From IMG/VR virus record IMGVR_UViG_3300044730_001822, positions 32,001 to 96,000 of that record: DNA of 64,000 nucleotides; one strand, given 5' to 3'. How positions within the stretch are numbered: position 1 is the stretch's first letter; each line of letters begins with the position of its first letter. Under the pieces are notes generated by a model. That model had not been told where the DNA came from. It did not search any database and was given only the letters and a program-made list of their open reading frames with translations. A program made the position numbers and the translations under genes. The stretch is from a virus. Shown here piece after piece: positions 7,657-16,964 of this stretch.

Positions 7657-10600
7657 CCCGGCTGTTATCTCTCCTGTGTTCTTGACACGGATTGGTATGT
7701 AGATAAATTCAACTGTTTTAACTGGCTCAACAGCAATATCAACCAGCAGTTCGTTGCGATCCACGCGGTCAGGTGGATTGTTTGATTCGTCGCACACTGC
7801 CAAGTAATCATAAAGACCACGTTTTGCTACCAAATCATTCAATATTGTTGTCACTGTGGCCAAGACCTGATTGCGTGTGAATGCATCATTGGGCTCAAAC
7901 AAGTAGGGTTGTACTGCTGTGGCCAACTGTGTACGAAGATAAACTATCAAACGTGCCACGTTCACACGATTCAGTGCCGATCCTACATTGTAACGTGTCT
8001 TCTGACCATAGGCAGTGATGCCTGTGCCGGGAATAAACGTAATAGGATTGATAGCGTTGTCATACAAGATGTCACGCAGGTCACGGCCCATGTTGGTCTG
8101 TGTAAACTCTCCAGTCTGACCATTGATATAACCAATACGTGCTGCGTTGTCTATGACACCGCGACGTGTACCAGCAGGAGCAAACCACGGATAGCTGGCT
8201 TCGTCTGAACGCACATATGTACGCAACATCATGTGGCTAGGCGGTTGTACCACCACAGCACCATTGACGTTATTGGTCTGGCAAGAAGGATAGTATGTGG
8301 CCACATAAGGATCACCTGTGGTTACATAATCTTCTGGCAGAACTTGTGCGCCGGCCAAATCGTTGGTAGCATAGGCCTGCAAGGGCTGGCTCAACGCTGG
8401 CAGTCTCATGGGTGTATCACCAATGATAAATGCTGTGTTGCTGCGATCATTGTTCAGCACCACCAAGTTCTGGATCAACTCTGGATACTGTGGACAGGCC
8501 AGCAAGTTGAAAATACGTGCATCTTCGCGAGCTTCTGAACTTACATCAATAGCAGCACGCAGAGCCTGTACAATCAAAGCACGCTGTGCTTTACGTCCGG
8601 CATACATAGCACCATTGTCACGAAGACCCGATGCTGTGACCCAGGTATATGAATACGTAGGCAAAGTCAGATCAGGATAGTTCTGTGATGTAAACAAGTT
8701 TGTGGTAAACTGTTTGACATTAAAGCCCGAACGACGCATATTCCAAAGTAGTATTCCTTCAGGATATAGATCAGGATCAGGTGCATCCAAATCCAAGTAG
8801 TCACTGTACAACAGGCTTTCGATAGTGGGTATGGGATCGTTTACCGGATCCACTGTGCCCGAACTAGCCCAACGTGCGTCAGCAAACGCAATACCGTTTT
8901 GACTGGTCTGATCAGCATTGTCAATCAACACCCACTGATAATCACCGGGTGCTACTTCTTCGTAACGTTTGATAATAGGATAGTTATCAAGATCGCTGGT
9001 ATCAATCCACAACTGTCCTACTTGATCAGTGATTTGTATTTCACTGTTATTCACTATCATGGTAGTGGGCTCTGTGGGACTGATGATAGGACCTGCATCA
9101 TTTAATCCTGTGCTGAGGTTGTAACCACGGATGTCTGCAGTTACATTATAATAACCTTTCCATTGTCCGCCATCTTTGATCATGATGTCAACTTGATCTG
9201 CAGCAGAGTAGTACCAGTACGTGCCATTGTCGGGCAAGCGATCTGGTGCTGTGGGCTGGAAGTAAACTTCAGTGCCAAGCGCCCAGGTGCTGCCGTCGAC
9301 CCAGTTACTGAGTTCAGTGACATCGCCATCTCCGCCTAACCCGGCTGAACCAAAATAATAGTTGGTTTTGGCATTGACCGTGACAGTGGTGGCCACACCA
9401 TCGTTGGCAACAAAGCCAGCAGTGGTTATAATTCCTGTACTGCCAGCACCATCCTGCAGCAGTATACTACCGCCGTATTCATGTGTTAGAATGATATAAC
9501 CCTGTGCGTTTACCTCGGCCGACACACCGTCTAAGTTAGCACTAAACACTGCGGTAACAAAATCTTCAGCAGCGGTTCCATTTACTTCAACCTCTACTGG
9601 TGTGGCATAACTGCTACTGCCTTTAATTGTTGCAGAAATCCAGAATGTGCTGGGCGAAGAAAATTCTATGTCGTTGCTGATACCTTGCGCATTCGTTGGG
9701 CCCGAAGCATATCTTTGGAACAACTTCATGCCAACCAGTCCATTAAACACTGTGTTGGTACTGGGAGTAACTACAAAATCATTGGAGTCATCAGCAGGGT
9801 GGATCTGAGCATATGTAGCACCGGCAGCAATATTTCTTCCGCCGCCCGAAGGATCTAATGCTGCATTGACAGCTGCATCACTGACATACAACGGACAACT
9901 TTGCTGTACAAATTGTAATAAAGTTGAACTCCATTTGCTGAGAGTGAGATTTGTTCCATTGTTCACTGCTGTGGTTTTATTCCAAACAGATCCCGAAGGA
10001 CGCTGTGTGACCAAAGTGCTGGTCCAACGAGGAGGATTGGTGTGTGGACCTGCCTGTGTCACAGGAACATTATAAGTACCGGCTGTGATACCCAGCACGG
10101 TGAGCAATGAACTATATCCTGAAATAGTGATAGTTCCCAGAGCACCACCTGTGGGCTGTGCTGTGGAGTCGCCATAGATATTAAGACGATTGTTTAATGC
10201 GGCTGCACTAATACCTGTGATGCCAGCCGCAACAATGGCCTGGGCCAGGACTGTGAGTGTACTACCTTGTGCGTTGGGTGTCCATAGAGAATCAGGATCA
10301 CCTACGACCAATCCACCAGAGTCTCCGACTATCACGGCACTGGAAGTATTGTATCCACCAGTGATTGCTGAAATACTGGTCAATCCCGAAGCTACACCAA
10401 CTCCCCAGGTCAAACCATCAGATGACAGATAAACCTGTCCCGAAGAAGAAATAGCAACAAACTGACCTGCGTTGTAGGTAACATCCACTAGATTAACTGT
10501 TGAAGGTACAGCAGATGTTGTGACTTCAGCAAAGGCACCAGAAGCTAAAATATTACCTGTACCGTTATAGCGTACAATAGTTCCGCCATTGCCAACTGCA

Positions 10601-11988
10601 ACTACCACGTTGCCGTTGTTAAGAGCACAGGCCACAGCATTAAGCCCATTGGTAAATCCAGATACCGAAACGTTGGCTGTGCCGGCAAATGCATTAGGTG
10701 TATACAGTATCCTACCACTGGAACCAACTGTGACATACTGGCTGGTGCTGCCTATACGAGTGACATCGTACAAGGTGGCAGATGTAGCACCATTGGCACC
10801 GGCTGCTGAAAAAGTTATGACGCTGTCACCAGTAGATGGTGCCTGATATATGATACCATTGTCACCTACTGCTACCCAAGCATTGCTGCCGTTGTAAGTA
10901 ATACCACGGAATGCACCACCGGCGCTGATACTGGCTCTCACTGCCCAGGCTGTGGCATTGGCACCACCTGTGATAATATTTGCCACACCAGATGTGGAAC
11001 CAGCACCAACTGCTGCATATGCTGTGCCATCTGTGGCCACTGCAAATAGATTTCCTAGATATCCGTTGGTATTGGCTGCAGTCCAAGTGCCGTTGACGTT
11101 GGCCGAATTCACATAGTAAACTTCGTTGAGCGCGGCATTGGCTTCGCTGGTAGTTCCCACAGCTACATAGGTATTACTACCTGCACCGTAAGCAACATCT
11201 GTAAAATCTGCTACCACACCTAGATCAACTGTGCTGCCGTTGATGGTCAAGTATCCGTTGAGCGAAGTATTGACTGCGCTGGATTGTATTGTGGGCCAAA
11301 CTGCTTGCCAATCAGTGGAACCAACTTCAACCCACTGATTATAATTGGAATCTGTGCTAGGTATGGTATTGCCTGCTTTGTAGTACAGCGGTAAATCTGT
11401 GTTGGTTGCAACTATGGCATAATCGCCTATCATACCAACAGTATTTGCTGGTGCAACATTGGCACTGGTTAGATCTGAATCGGTAATAACTGTAGGCGTT
11501 TTTAATGTAAATGCTCCGGTTCCTGATCCAGCAGTGCTGTTCCATTCAAAGACACCAAATGTGCTGGCATCTGTGTCCAACCAATAGGTGTTGTTGGATG
11601 GATCGCCCAAGGGACGACTTAGACTGGCCGTTAATGCTGCCAAGTCAATGTTTGCACGCATCATGAATGCGCGGTTGCTGACGCCTAGCACTGAGTAGGC
11701 AGCCAACAAGCCATATTCGTTGAGTTCATAACCGTTGATGGGCGTACCAGCGGTGGTTGTGTAGAAGAATGGATTACCAAATGTGGTGGCCATATCACGC
11801 TGGCTGGTAATTAAATATACCTTGCCTGCGTTGACTTCCAGCGTACCTGCTGCTATGCCTGTACCTGTGCCAGAAATTTTGTTCTGGGCTGATGCAAAAA
11901 GTATGAAAGGTACGGTACCTGCTGCTGCGGGTAAGTATTGACTTTCATCTATGACTGTGACTTCGACGCCCGGTGAAATTAATGCCAT
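7654..11988 (-). CDS. gp18: Contractile tail sheath protein (1444 aa, large insertions)
   Basis: N-terminus MALISPGVEVTVIDES. C-terminal sheath motifs PWFAPAG.RRG, LY...INPI, GQKT, ALNRVNVARL, FEPND, CDESNN...DRNEL, P.K..EFIYIP. Confidence 0.95.
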   Translation of the reverse strand: MALISPGVEVTVIDESQYLPAAAGTVPFILFASAQNKISGTGTGIAAGTLEVNAGKVYLITSQRDMATTFGNPFFYTTTAGTPINGYELNEYGLLAAYSVLGVSNRAFMMRANIDLAALTASLSRPLGDPSNNTYWLDTDASTFGVFEWNSTAGSGTGAFTLKTPTVITDSDLTSANVAPANTVGMIGDYAIVATNTDLPLYYKAGNTIPSTDSNYNQWVEVGSTDWQAVWPTIQSSAVNTSLNGYLTINGSTVDLGVVADFTDVAYGAGSNTYVAVGTTSEANAALNEVYYVNSANVNGTWTAANTNGYLGNLFAVATDGTAYAAVGAGSTSGVANIITGGANATAWAVRASISAGGAFRGITYNGSNAWVAVGDNGIIYQAPSTGDSVITFSAAGANGATSATLYDVTRIGSTSQYVTVGSSGRILYTPNAFAGTANVSVSGFTNGLNAVACALNNGNVVVAVGNGGTIVRYNGTGNILASGAFAEVTTSAVPSTVNLVDVTYNAGQFVAISSSGQVYLSSDGLTWGVGVASGLTSISAITGGYNTSSAVIVGDSGGLVVGDPDSLWTPNAQGSTLTVLAQAIVAAGITGISAAALNNRLNIYGDSTAQPTGGALGTITISGYSSLLTVLGITAGTYNVPVTQAGPHTNPPRWTSTLVTQRPSGSVWNKTTAVNNGTNLTLSKWSSTLLQFVQQSCPLYVSDAAVNAALDPSGGGRNIAAGATYAQIHPADDSNDFVVTPSTNTVFNGLVGMKLFQRYASGPTNAQGISNDIEFSSPSTFWISATIKGSSSYATPVEVEVNGTAAEDFVTAVFSANLDGVSAEVNAQGYIILTHEYGGSILLQDGAGSTGIITTAGFVANDGVATTVTVNAKTNYYFGSAGLGGDGDVTELSNWVDGSTWALGTEVYFQPTAPDRLPDNGTYWYYSAADQVDIMIKDGGQWKGYYNVTADIRGYNLSTGLNDAGPIISPTEPTTMIVNNSEIQITDQVGQLWIDTSDLDNYPIIKRYEEVAPGDYQWVLIDNADQTSQNGIAFADARWASSGTVDPVNDPIPTIESLLYSDYLDLDAPDPDLYPEGILLWNMRRSGFNVKQFTTNLFTSQNYPDLTLPTYSYTWVTASGLRDNGAMYAGRKAQRALIVQALRAAIDVSSEAREDARIFNLLACPQYPELIQNLVVLNNDRSNTAFIIGDTPMRLPALSQPLQAYATNDLAGAQVLPEDYVTTGDPYVATYYPSCQTNNVNGAVVVQPPSHMMLRTYVRSDEASYPWFAPAGTRRGVIDNAARIGYINGQTGEFTQTNMGRDLRDILYDNAINPITFIPGTGITAYGQKTRYNVGSALNRVNVARLIVYLRTQLATAVQPYLFEPNDAFTRNQVLATVTTILNDLVAKRGLYDYLAVCDESNNPPDRVDRNELLVDIAVEPVKTVEFIYIPIRVKNTGEITAG

Positions 11989-11993
11989 GGTTT

Positions 11994-12032
11994 AGTTCCT
12001 TTATATCCAGTTGTAGATATTTATAAAGAACT
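11994..12032 (-). promoter_or_regulatory. T4-type late promoter TATAAATA (12018-12025) in an inverted repeat covering the sheath SD
   Basis: The minus strand reads AGTTCTTTATA-aatatctacaactgga-TATAAAGGAACT-aaaccATG. Confidence 0.7.
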
Positions 12033-12088
12033 GCGAAATCTGGCTGGTTATGGCGACCTACTAAGTAGGTTTTGCTGTAAATATGTGT

Positions 12089-12427
12089 ATGAGACCCTTG
12101 TGCAAAGCCTGCGAACGCAGGCCCAGAGCCATTGCTTACTATCGCAACGACAAGTGTGTGTATCGCAGCAGATGCACCGAATGTGAACGGCGGCACAAAA
12201 AAATTCCGCCACAGACACCACGCTGGTCTGCACAGGGCTACAAGTTGAAAAAAGCCTGTGACCTATGCGGGTTCCGTGCCAAAATAGCACGACAACTCAT
12301 GGTGTATCATTTGGATGGGAATTTGAACAACAGCCAATTGCATAATCTACGCACAGTGTGTCATAACTGTGCTGTAGAACTAAGCTGGGACAAGAGTGTC
12401 TGGCGCCGTGGTGACCACGTTGAGTAA
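12089..12427 (+). CDS. Zinc-binding HNH endonuclease-like protein
   Basis: CxxC pairs (CKAC, CTEC, CDLC, CHNC) and HNH-like VYHLDGNLNN...NLRTVCHNC. TAAATA (12078-12083) lies 5 nt upstream of ATG 12089. Confidence 0.75.
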   Translation: MRPLCKACERRPRAIAYYRNDKCVYRSRCTECERRHKKIPPQTPRWSAQGYKLKKACDLCGFRAKIARQLMVYHLDGNLNNSQLHNLRTVCHNCAVELSWDKSVWRRGDHVE

Positions 12428-13054
12428 CGCATCAATCTGGCTGTACAACTCATCCAGGGAGTTGTTGTTGTCAATCACATGATCAAAATCACTGCCAATC
12501 CAGGATGTTTCGCTGGGATGGATTTTGTAATCTTCCATTTTGGACTTGCTCAGCGCCCAGCCAATGAATCTAGGGCCAGCATTGACTGCTTCGGCGTGTC
12601 TGTACCATTCGGGATCAGGACCACGTTTCACACGAATTACCAAACCGTTCTGTTGCTTGATGGCGGCAATTTCATTGGGAAATCTGCAGTCACTGATAAC
12701 GATGTCGTCCTGGGATTTTGATAGTTTGTTTTCCACAGCAGCGATCCAGATATCATCGTGGAAGGCTCGGCGGCACACTTCTGTGCCCCAATACTGTAGT
12801 ATCCAACGCGGTGTTAGATGCGGTATGCCCAGTCTTTCTGCCCACCAGGTGTCCACACATTCGCGCCATTCTCTGCTGCTTTTGCTACGTCCTTCCAGCA
12901 TTTCCCTGTCCCAGCCAAACACAGCGGCCACTGCGTCTTTGAGGCTGTTGGCAAAGGATTCTCTGCGGAATTGATGTATGTTCACTAGATAGTCAGCGAT
13001 GGTGTCTTTGCCTGAGCCGATAAGACCACAGACACCAATGATTCTTTTGGACAT
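12380..13054 (-). CDS. gp1: Deoxynucleoside monophosphate kinase (T4 gp1-like)
   Basis: P-loop IIGVCGLIGSGKDT, then FA..LKD, TPR.ILQ..GTE, ISDCRFPNE, HPSE, IDNN. Confidence 0.9.
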   Translation of the reverse strand: MSKRIIGVCGLIGSGKDTIADYLVNIHQFRRESFANSLKDAVAAVFGWDREMLEGRSKSSREWRECVDTWWAERLGIPHLTPRWILQYWGTEVCRRAFHDDIWIAAVENKLSKSQDDIVISDCRFPNEIAAIKQQNGLVIRVKRGPDPEWYRHAEAVNAGPRFIGWALSKSKMEDYKIHPSETSWIGSDFDHVIDNNNSLDELYSQIDALLNVVTTAPDTLVPA

Positions 13055-13245
13055 TATCGCCCCCTGCCGCTGGTTCTGCGTACTTTGGAGCCACCAAAAC
13101 CCCGGGAGTTTTTAGGTCCCTTCGGCGGAGGCGGTGCCTTGGGCTTTGGTGACATGACTGGCGTTGTTGTGTGATCCACAGCAACGTTGGCATTGGCTGA
13201 TATACCAATGCGTTCAAATAATTTAGGAATTTTTTTCTCTACCAC
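13054..13245 (-). CDS. Small basic Lys/Pro/Arg-rich protein
   Basis: GGGAGG SD plus GTG start. The stop overlaps the dNMP kinase start (TAATG), and a sigma70-like promoter lies upstream. Confidence 0.65.
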   Translation of the reverse strand: MVEKKIPKLFERIGISANANVAVDHTTTPVMSPKPKAPPPPKGPKNSRGFGGSKVRRTSGRGR

Positions 13246-13267
13246 TGTTGCCTCCCTGCGTATATGT

Positions 13268-13296
13268 ATTTTATAACATCTTTAGAGAGAGTGCAA
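13268..13296 (-). promoter_or_regulatory. Sigma70-like (early) promoter
   Basis: The minus strand reads TTGCAC-17 nt-TAAAAT upstream of the small-gene/dNMP kinase operon. Confidence 0.6.
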
Positions 13297-13324
13297 ATTT
13301 TTAGGCAAGAATATCTGAAGCAGT

Positions 13325-14083
13325 TTACCCTTGTACCCAGTAGTAAGGCTGGCTGCCATCCACGTACTTCTGTAGATCATCAATCAACTTGGCCATGTCT
13401 TCTTTGGCTTCGGCCTTGAGTTGTGCGCCATTCAGCGTGGTGCCACCGCCGGGTCCGGCAATGGAGTTGAATTTTTCACGAGCCTCGCCAATGATCTGTT
13501 TGCACACAGCATAGGTGTAGTCACGGATCCAAGGCAGTATGCGATAGTCGGTCAAGAGTTGTATTTCGGGACGCATCTGATCGCACCACAGCAGGATCAC
13601 TTCGCCTTCGCCCTTGGGATAGTTGATGATGTGCAGCACCTTGGTCACCGGATTGTAGGTGTAGTTGATGAATCCACCAAACATTCTAGCAGCCTGCTCT
13701 ACATATTGGGTATAAAAGTCGTAAGTGGCTAGACCGCCTGAATAGTTGAAATTCAGCAGGTATGTATTCATGATGGCACTGCTAAAGGGATCGAAACTTT
13801 GGCTGAAAGGACCTTGGGCAAAACCAATGGTACGGCGGAAGATCTGACGTACATTGTAGATCTCCTGCGGCAATGTGTAGTGTGTTAGATCGCTCTGCAG
13901 GGTGATAAAGTTATAGGCTTCTTCGTAGGCATTTTGAGCCCGTTGCCTGTAGGTCAATACTGCCTGTTCATAGGCCACTTCATAGTCCGGGGCGTTGAGT
14001 TCTACGTCAACCAAGTTGCCGCCCAGGCGGGTGTTTACATAGTCAAATACTTTGGATTTAAGATTGGTCAGTGTATCACTCAT
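13325..14083 (-). CDS. gp13: Neck protein / head-tail adaptor, T4 gp13-like
   Basis: RLGG..VDVEL, W..DY..A.CK..IGEAR.KF..I.GP.GG..LNG..LK.EA. Confidence 0.85.
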   Translation of the reverse strand: MSDTLTNLKSKVFDYVNTRLGGNLVDVELNAPDYEVAYEQAVLTYRQRAQNAYEEAYNFITLQSDLTHYTLPQEIYNVRQIFRRTIGFAQGPFSQSFDPFSSAIMNTYLLNFNYSGGLATYDFYTQYVEQAARMFGGFINYTYNPVTKVLHIINYPKGEGEVILLWCDQMRPEIQLLTDYRILPWIRDYTYAVCKQIIGEAREKFNSIAGPGGGTTLNGAQLKAEAKEDMAKLIDDLQKYVDGSQPYYWVQG

Positions 14084-14116
14084 AAGAAAAGCCCTGTGCT
14101 GTATTTAGCACAGGGC
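14084..14116 (-). promoter_or_regulatory. Terminator-like hairpin with late promoter TAAATA at its loop
   Basis: The minus strand reads GCCCTGTGCT-AAATAC-AGCACAGGGC-TTTTCTT-ATG, a perfect 10-bp stem. Confidence 0.75.
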
Positions 14117-14136
14117 CGGGTGCTGTGAGTGTTAGT

Positions 14137-15291
14137 TTACCAGACTTTTAGGATTATGAGATTTTCGTTGAAACGCCCGTTGAGTTTGATTTCAGTGGCT
14201 TTGATTTCCTTGAAGTATTTGCGAGCCCCGGGTTTGCCACCAGCAAACAAGGCTTTGAGTTGATCTGCTGGTTTGCGCAGAGTTTTGCTCACGCTGAGGT
14301 TGGCATCAAAACCAATGATGGTGTTGTTTTTCACAGTCATTGAACCCACGTGCGAGTCGGCCACATAGTGCTGTAGTTTGCGCTTGGTGGTATCATAGGT
14401 GTAGAACTCTGTGCAGTCTGCCAGTTTGGTAGCAGGCTCGGAAGTGAGTTTCAATTCTGGGAATGCCTGTAGATATTTCAGTTTGCGCACAATCTGATCG
14501 GGCGTTTGCTTTTTCTTGGCCCTGGGTTTGCGTTCTACCTTTTTGATCTGTACATAACTGTCGCAATCGGCCACTACCAACTCGCAGAACTTCAGCATCT
14601 GCTTGAGTTCGTTTTTGCCCCAGCGGCTATAGCCTTCAACCAACTGAGCATCCTTGCCTTCCAGGGCTTCTGTGAGTTCTGCAACTTTGCTGGCAAAAGG
14701 ATCGCGAACCTGACTGATGTGCGTGGGCTGAACATTCATGCCACGTATGATGGTCATGGGCTTGTGGTTGTTCAAATTCAGTTTTACTTCTCCCGCTGTG
14801 CAGAAATCATCATACATGGCTTCTAATTCGCCAGCGGCTTCTATGGCCTTGTCACGCAGTCTATCCTGGATATTGGGCTTGATCACATCATCATCTTTGA
14901 CTTCTTTCTTTACCTGTTCTTTCAATGCCTTGAGTCTAGTGATTTCTGCGCTGACGTGCAGTTGCTCGTGCTCACTGAGTTGTAGGCCCACAGTGGTCAT
15001 GCGAGCCAGCCAGCCTGTCACGTGCTTGAATTCGTAGTCGCTGACACCCTTGATGCGTTTGGCTTCTGTGCCGCGCCCGTTGCGTTCTAGATAATCCAGC
15101 AGGAATTCTTTGCTGTCTTTGCGTTGGAAATTGTAGTTGTACCAATTGATGGCGTGGAGCACAGCAGATGAACGTTTGTCGGCTTCGGGCTGAGTGCGCC
15201 AGTCTGGCTCAGGTCCTACATTTTTAAGATCACCGTCCCGTGGTTTCAGGAGTTTTATGGCTGTGGTTTTTGCTGTGCTGGTTCTGACCAT
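14137..15291 (-). CDS. Hypothetical basic protein (~384 aa)
   Basis: Long ORF with a GAGG SD before ATG 15291 and C-terminal KTLRKP...NGRFNENLIILKV. No function recognised. Confidence 0.75.
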   Translation of the reverse strand: MVRTSTAKTTAIKLLKPRDGDLKNVGPEPDWRTQPEADKRSSAVLHAINWYNYNFQRKDSKEFLLDYLERNGRGTEAKRIKGVSDYEFKHVTGWLARMTTVGLQLSEHEQLHVSAEITRLKALKEQVKKEVKDDDVIKPNIQDRLRDKAIEAAGELEAMYDDFCTAGEVKLNLNNHKPMTIIRGMNVQPTHISQVRDPFASKVAELTEALEGKDAQLVEGYSRWGKNELKQMLKFCELVVADCDSYVQIKKVERKPRAKKKQTPDQIVRKLKYLQAFPELKLTSEPATKLADCTEFYTYDTTKRKLQHYVADSHVGSMTVKNNTIIGFDANLSVSKTLRKPADQLKALFAGGKPGARKYFKEIKATEIKLNGRFNENLIILKVW

Positions 15292-15299
15292 GTATTGCC

Positions 15300-15569
15300 T
15301 CACTTTTTGCTTAATTTAGCCAAGAATATATGCTTTTCTAATTCTAACAGGTTTGTGTTTATTTGGTCAACCAATTCTTGATGTTTTGGTAAAACTCTGT
15401 GTAGCCTGCGCTGTTCCACTTCAATGTTGCTGAGTTCGGCGATCAAATGATCTATGGCTCTAATGATGCGATGCCCATCAGCGCCTTGCTCTAATCCGCG
15501 TAGATACTGTCGTAGCAGGGGTTCTACACTGTTCCAATCTTCTGCTTGTTTGATCACCAATTGTGTCAT
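15300..15569 (-). CDS. Small helical hypothetical protein (start revised to MTQLVIKQ)
   Basis: ATG at 15569 lies 7 nt downstream of a sigma70-like -10 box. Confidence 0.65.
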   Translation of the reverse strand: MTQLVIKQAEDWNSVEPLLRQYLRGLEQGADGHRIIRAIDHLIAELSNIEVEQRRLHRVLPKHQELVDQINTNLLELEKHIFLAKLSKK

Positions 15570-15575
15570 AGCACC

Positions 15576-15604
15576 ATAATACACTAAAAAGAATATTTGG
15601 TCAA
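15576..15604 (-). promoter_or_regulatory. Sigma70-like (early) promoter
   Basis: The minus strand reads TTGACC-17 nt-TATTAT. Confidence 0.6.
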
Positions 15605-15639
15605 ATACTAGGCTACCAAAAAACCGCTAAATACCTATT

Positions 15640-16959
15640 ATGCCCAAACTCAGTCTTTACCGCGAGAATTTCACCAACGATTACAAATGGTTTGACCGCA
15701 GGATTTCGGAACAATTCACGGTGGGCTGTGCCACGGTATTGATACACAAGTATGTGGGACCTATCAATCAAGGCACCTCTAACGATGCTACGCAACCTGA
15801 TTATCTAAATCAAAGCGTTAACAACATCCAAGACCTGCTGTATCTAGAAAATCGAGATCGCAAGTATGATACCACGGTGTATAGACTGCGTATGCATCAT
15901 ACCATGCAGAACATAGATTTCGATCTCACACAGTTTGGTCTATTTCTAAACAACGACACATTGTTCTGCACAGTACACAAAACCGACTGTGTGAATACCC
16001 TGGGCCGACTGCTGATGTCGGGCGATGTGATTGAAATGCCTTATCTACGTGAGTTCTTCCCGCTAAACTACGACGAAGTACAGACCAGTCTCAAGAGATA
16101 TTATGTGGTGCAGGACACAGCCAATGCTGCCGAGGGATTCAGTCCCACTTGGTATCCACACCTGTGGCGAGTAAAGTGCGAGCCCTTGGTAGACAGCCAA
16201 GAGTTTGCTCAGATCCTGAATCAGCCCGAAGATCAAACCAACTACTTTGGACCTTGGGGCAACACTATCGCTTACTTTGAAGGAGATCGTGTTACCTTTG
16301 GCGACAAGAATTACATTGCCAAACAGGATGTGCCTACTGGTGTGGCACCCACCGGCAAAGACGACGATCCATATTGGGGGCTAGATCCCAACCAGACTTT
16401 CCGAGACATGATGTCTACTTACCAGAAGAACATAGACATCAACAATGCTATCCTGGCACAGGCCGAGGCCGAAGTACCGCTGTCGGGCTACGACACTGTA
16501 CCTTTCTATATCGTGCCTACCACCATTGACGGTGAACCTTTGGGTTCAAGTTACAATGCAGATCAAACTTTTGTGAACAGTTCGCAAACCGATATTGATG
16601 CTTCATCTCAAAGTATCACGCCCAGAGACAATGCTTGGACCATGGGCTATCTTACCGGTGACGGGCTGCCACCCAATGGTGCTCCTGTTACACCCGGCGT
16701 AGTATTTCCCCGCGATCCCAGAGAAGGCGATTTCTGTCTGCGCCTTGACTATATGCCCAACAGGCTGTTCCGTTTTGACGGCGCACACTGGGTCAAGTTT
16801 GAAGATCGTGTGAGAACCAATATCACGCCCAGTCATACCAACGACACCGAGCACTATGGATTTTACAACAATCCTGGTGACATCTCAACCACGGACCGTG
16901 GTGAGATTCCTCGCAAGCAATCATTATCTAAAGCACTGCGGCCCAAGGACGATAACTAA
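15640..16959 (+). CDS. gp14: Neck/head-closure protein, T4 gp14-like, with an inserted CBM-like module
   Basis: Motifs IQDLLYLENRDRKYD, DLTQFGLFL, GRLLM.GDVIE.P, EGFSPTWYPHLWRVK. Lies between gp13-like and gp15-like genes, with TAAATA 6 nt upstream. Confidence 0.7.
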   Translation: MPKLSLYRENFTNDYKWFDRRISEQFTVGCATVLIHKYVGPINQGTSNDATQPDYLNQSVNNIQDLLYLENRDRKYDTTVYRLRMHHTMQNIDFDLTQFGLFLNNDTLFCTVHKTDCVNTLGRLLMSGDVIEMPYLREFFPLNYDEVQTSLKRYYVVQDTANAAEGFSPTWYPHLWRVKCEPLVDSQEFAQILNQPEDQTNYFGPWGNTIAYFEGDRVTFGDKNYIAKQDVPTGVAPTGKDDDPYWGLDPNQTFRDMMSTYQKNIDINNAILAQAEAEVPLSGYDTVPFYIVPTTIDGEPLGSSYNADQTFVNSSQTDIDASSQSITPRDNAWTMGYLTGDGLPPNGAPVTPGVVFPRDPREGDFCLRLDYMPNRLFRFDGAHWVKFEDRVRTNITPSHTNDTEHYGFYNNPGDISTTDRGEIPRKQSLSKALRPKDDN

Positions 16960-16964
16960 TAGTC

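Noticed and set aside
7654-11988. Intein explaining the oversized sheath
   Set aside because: No C...HN-C/S/T splice motifs or LAGLIDADG blocks were seen; the insert consists of propeller-like repeats.
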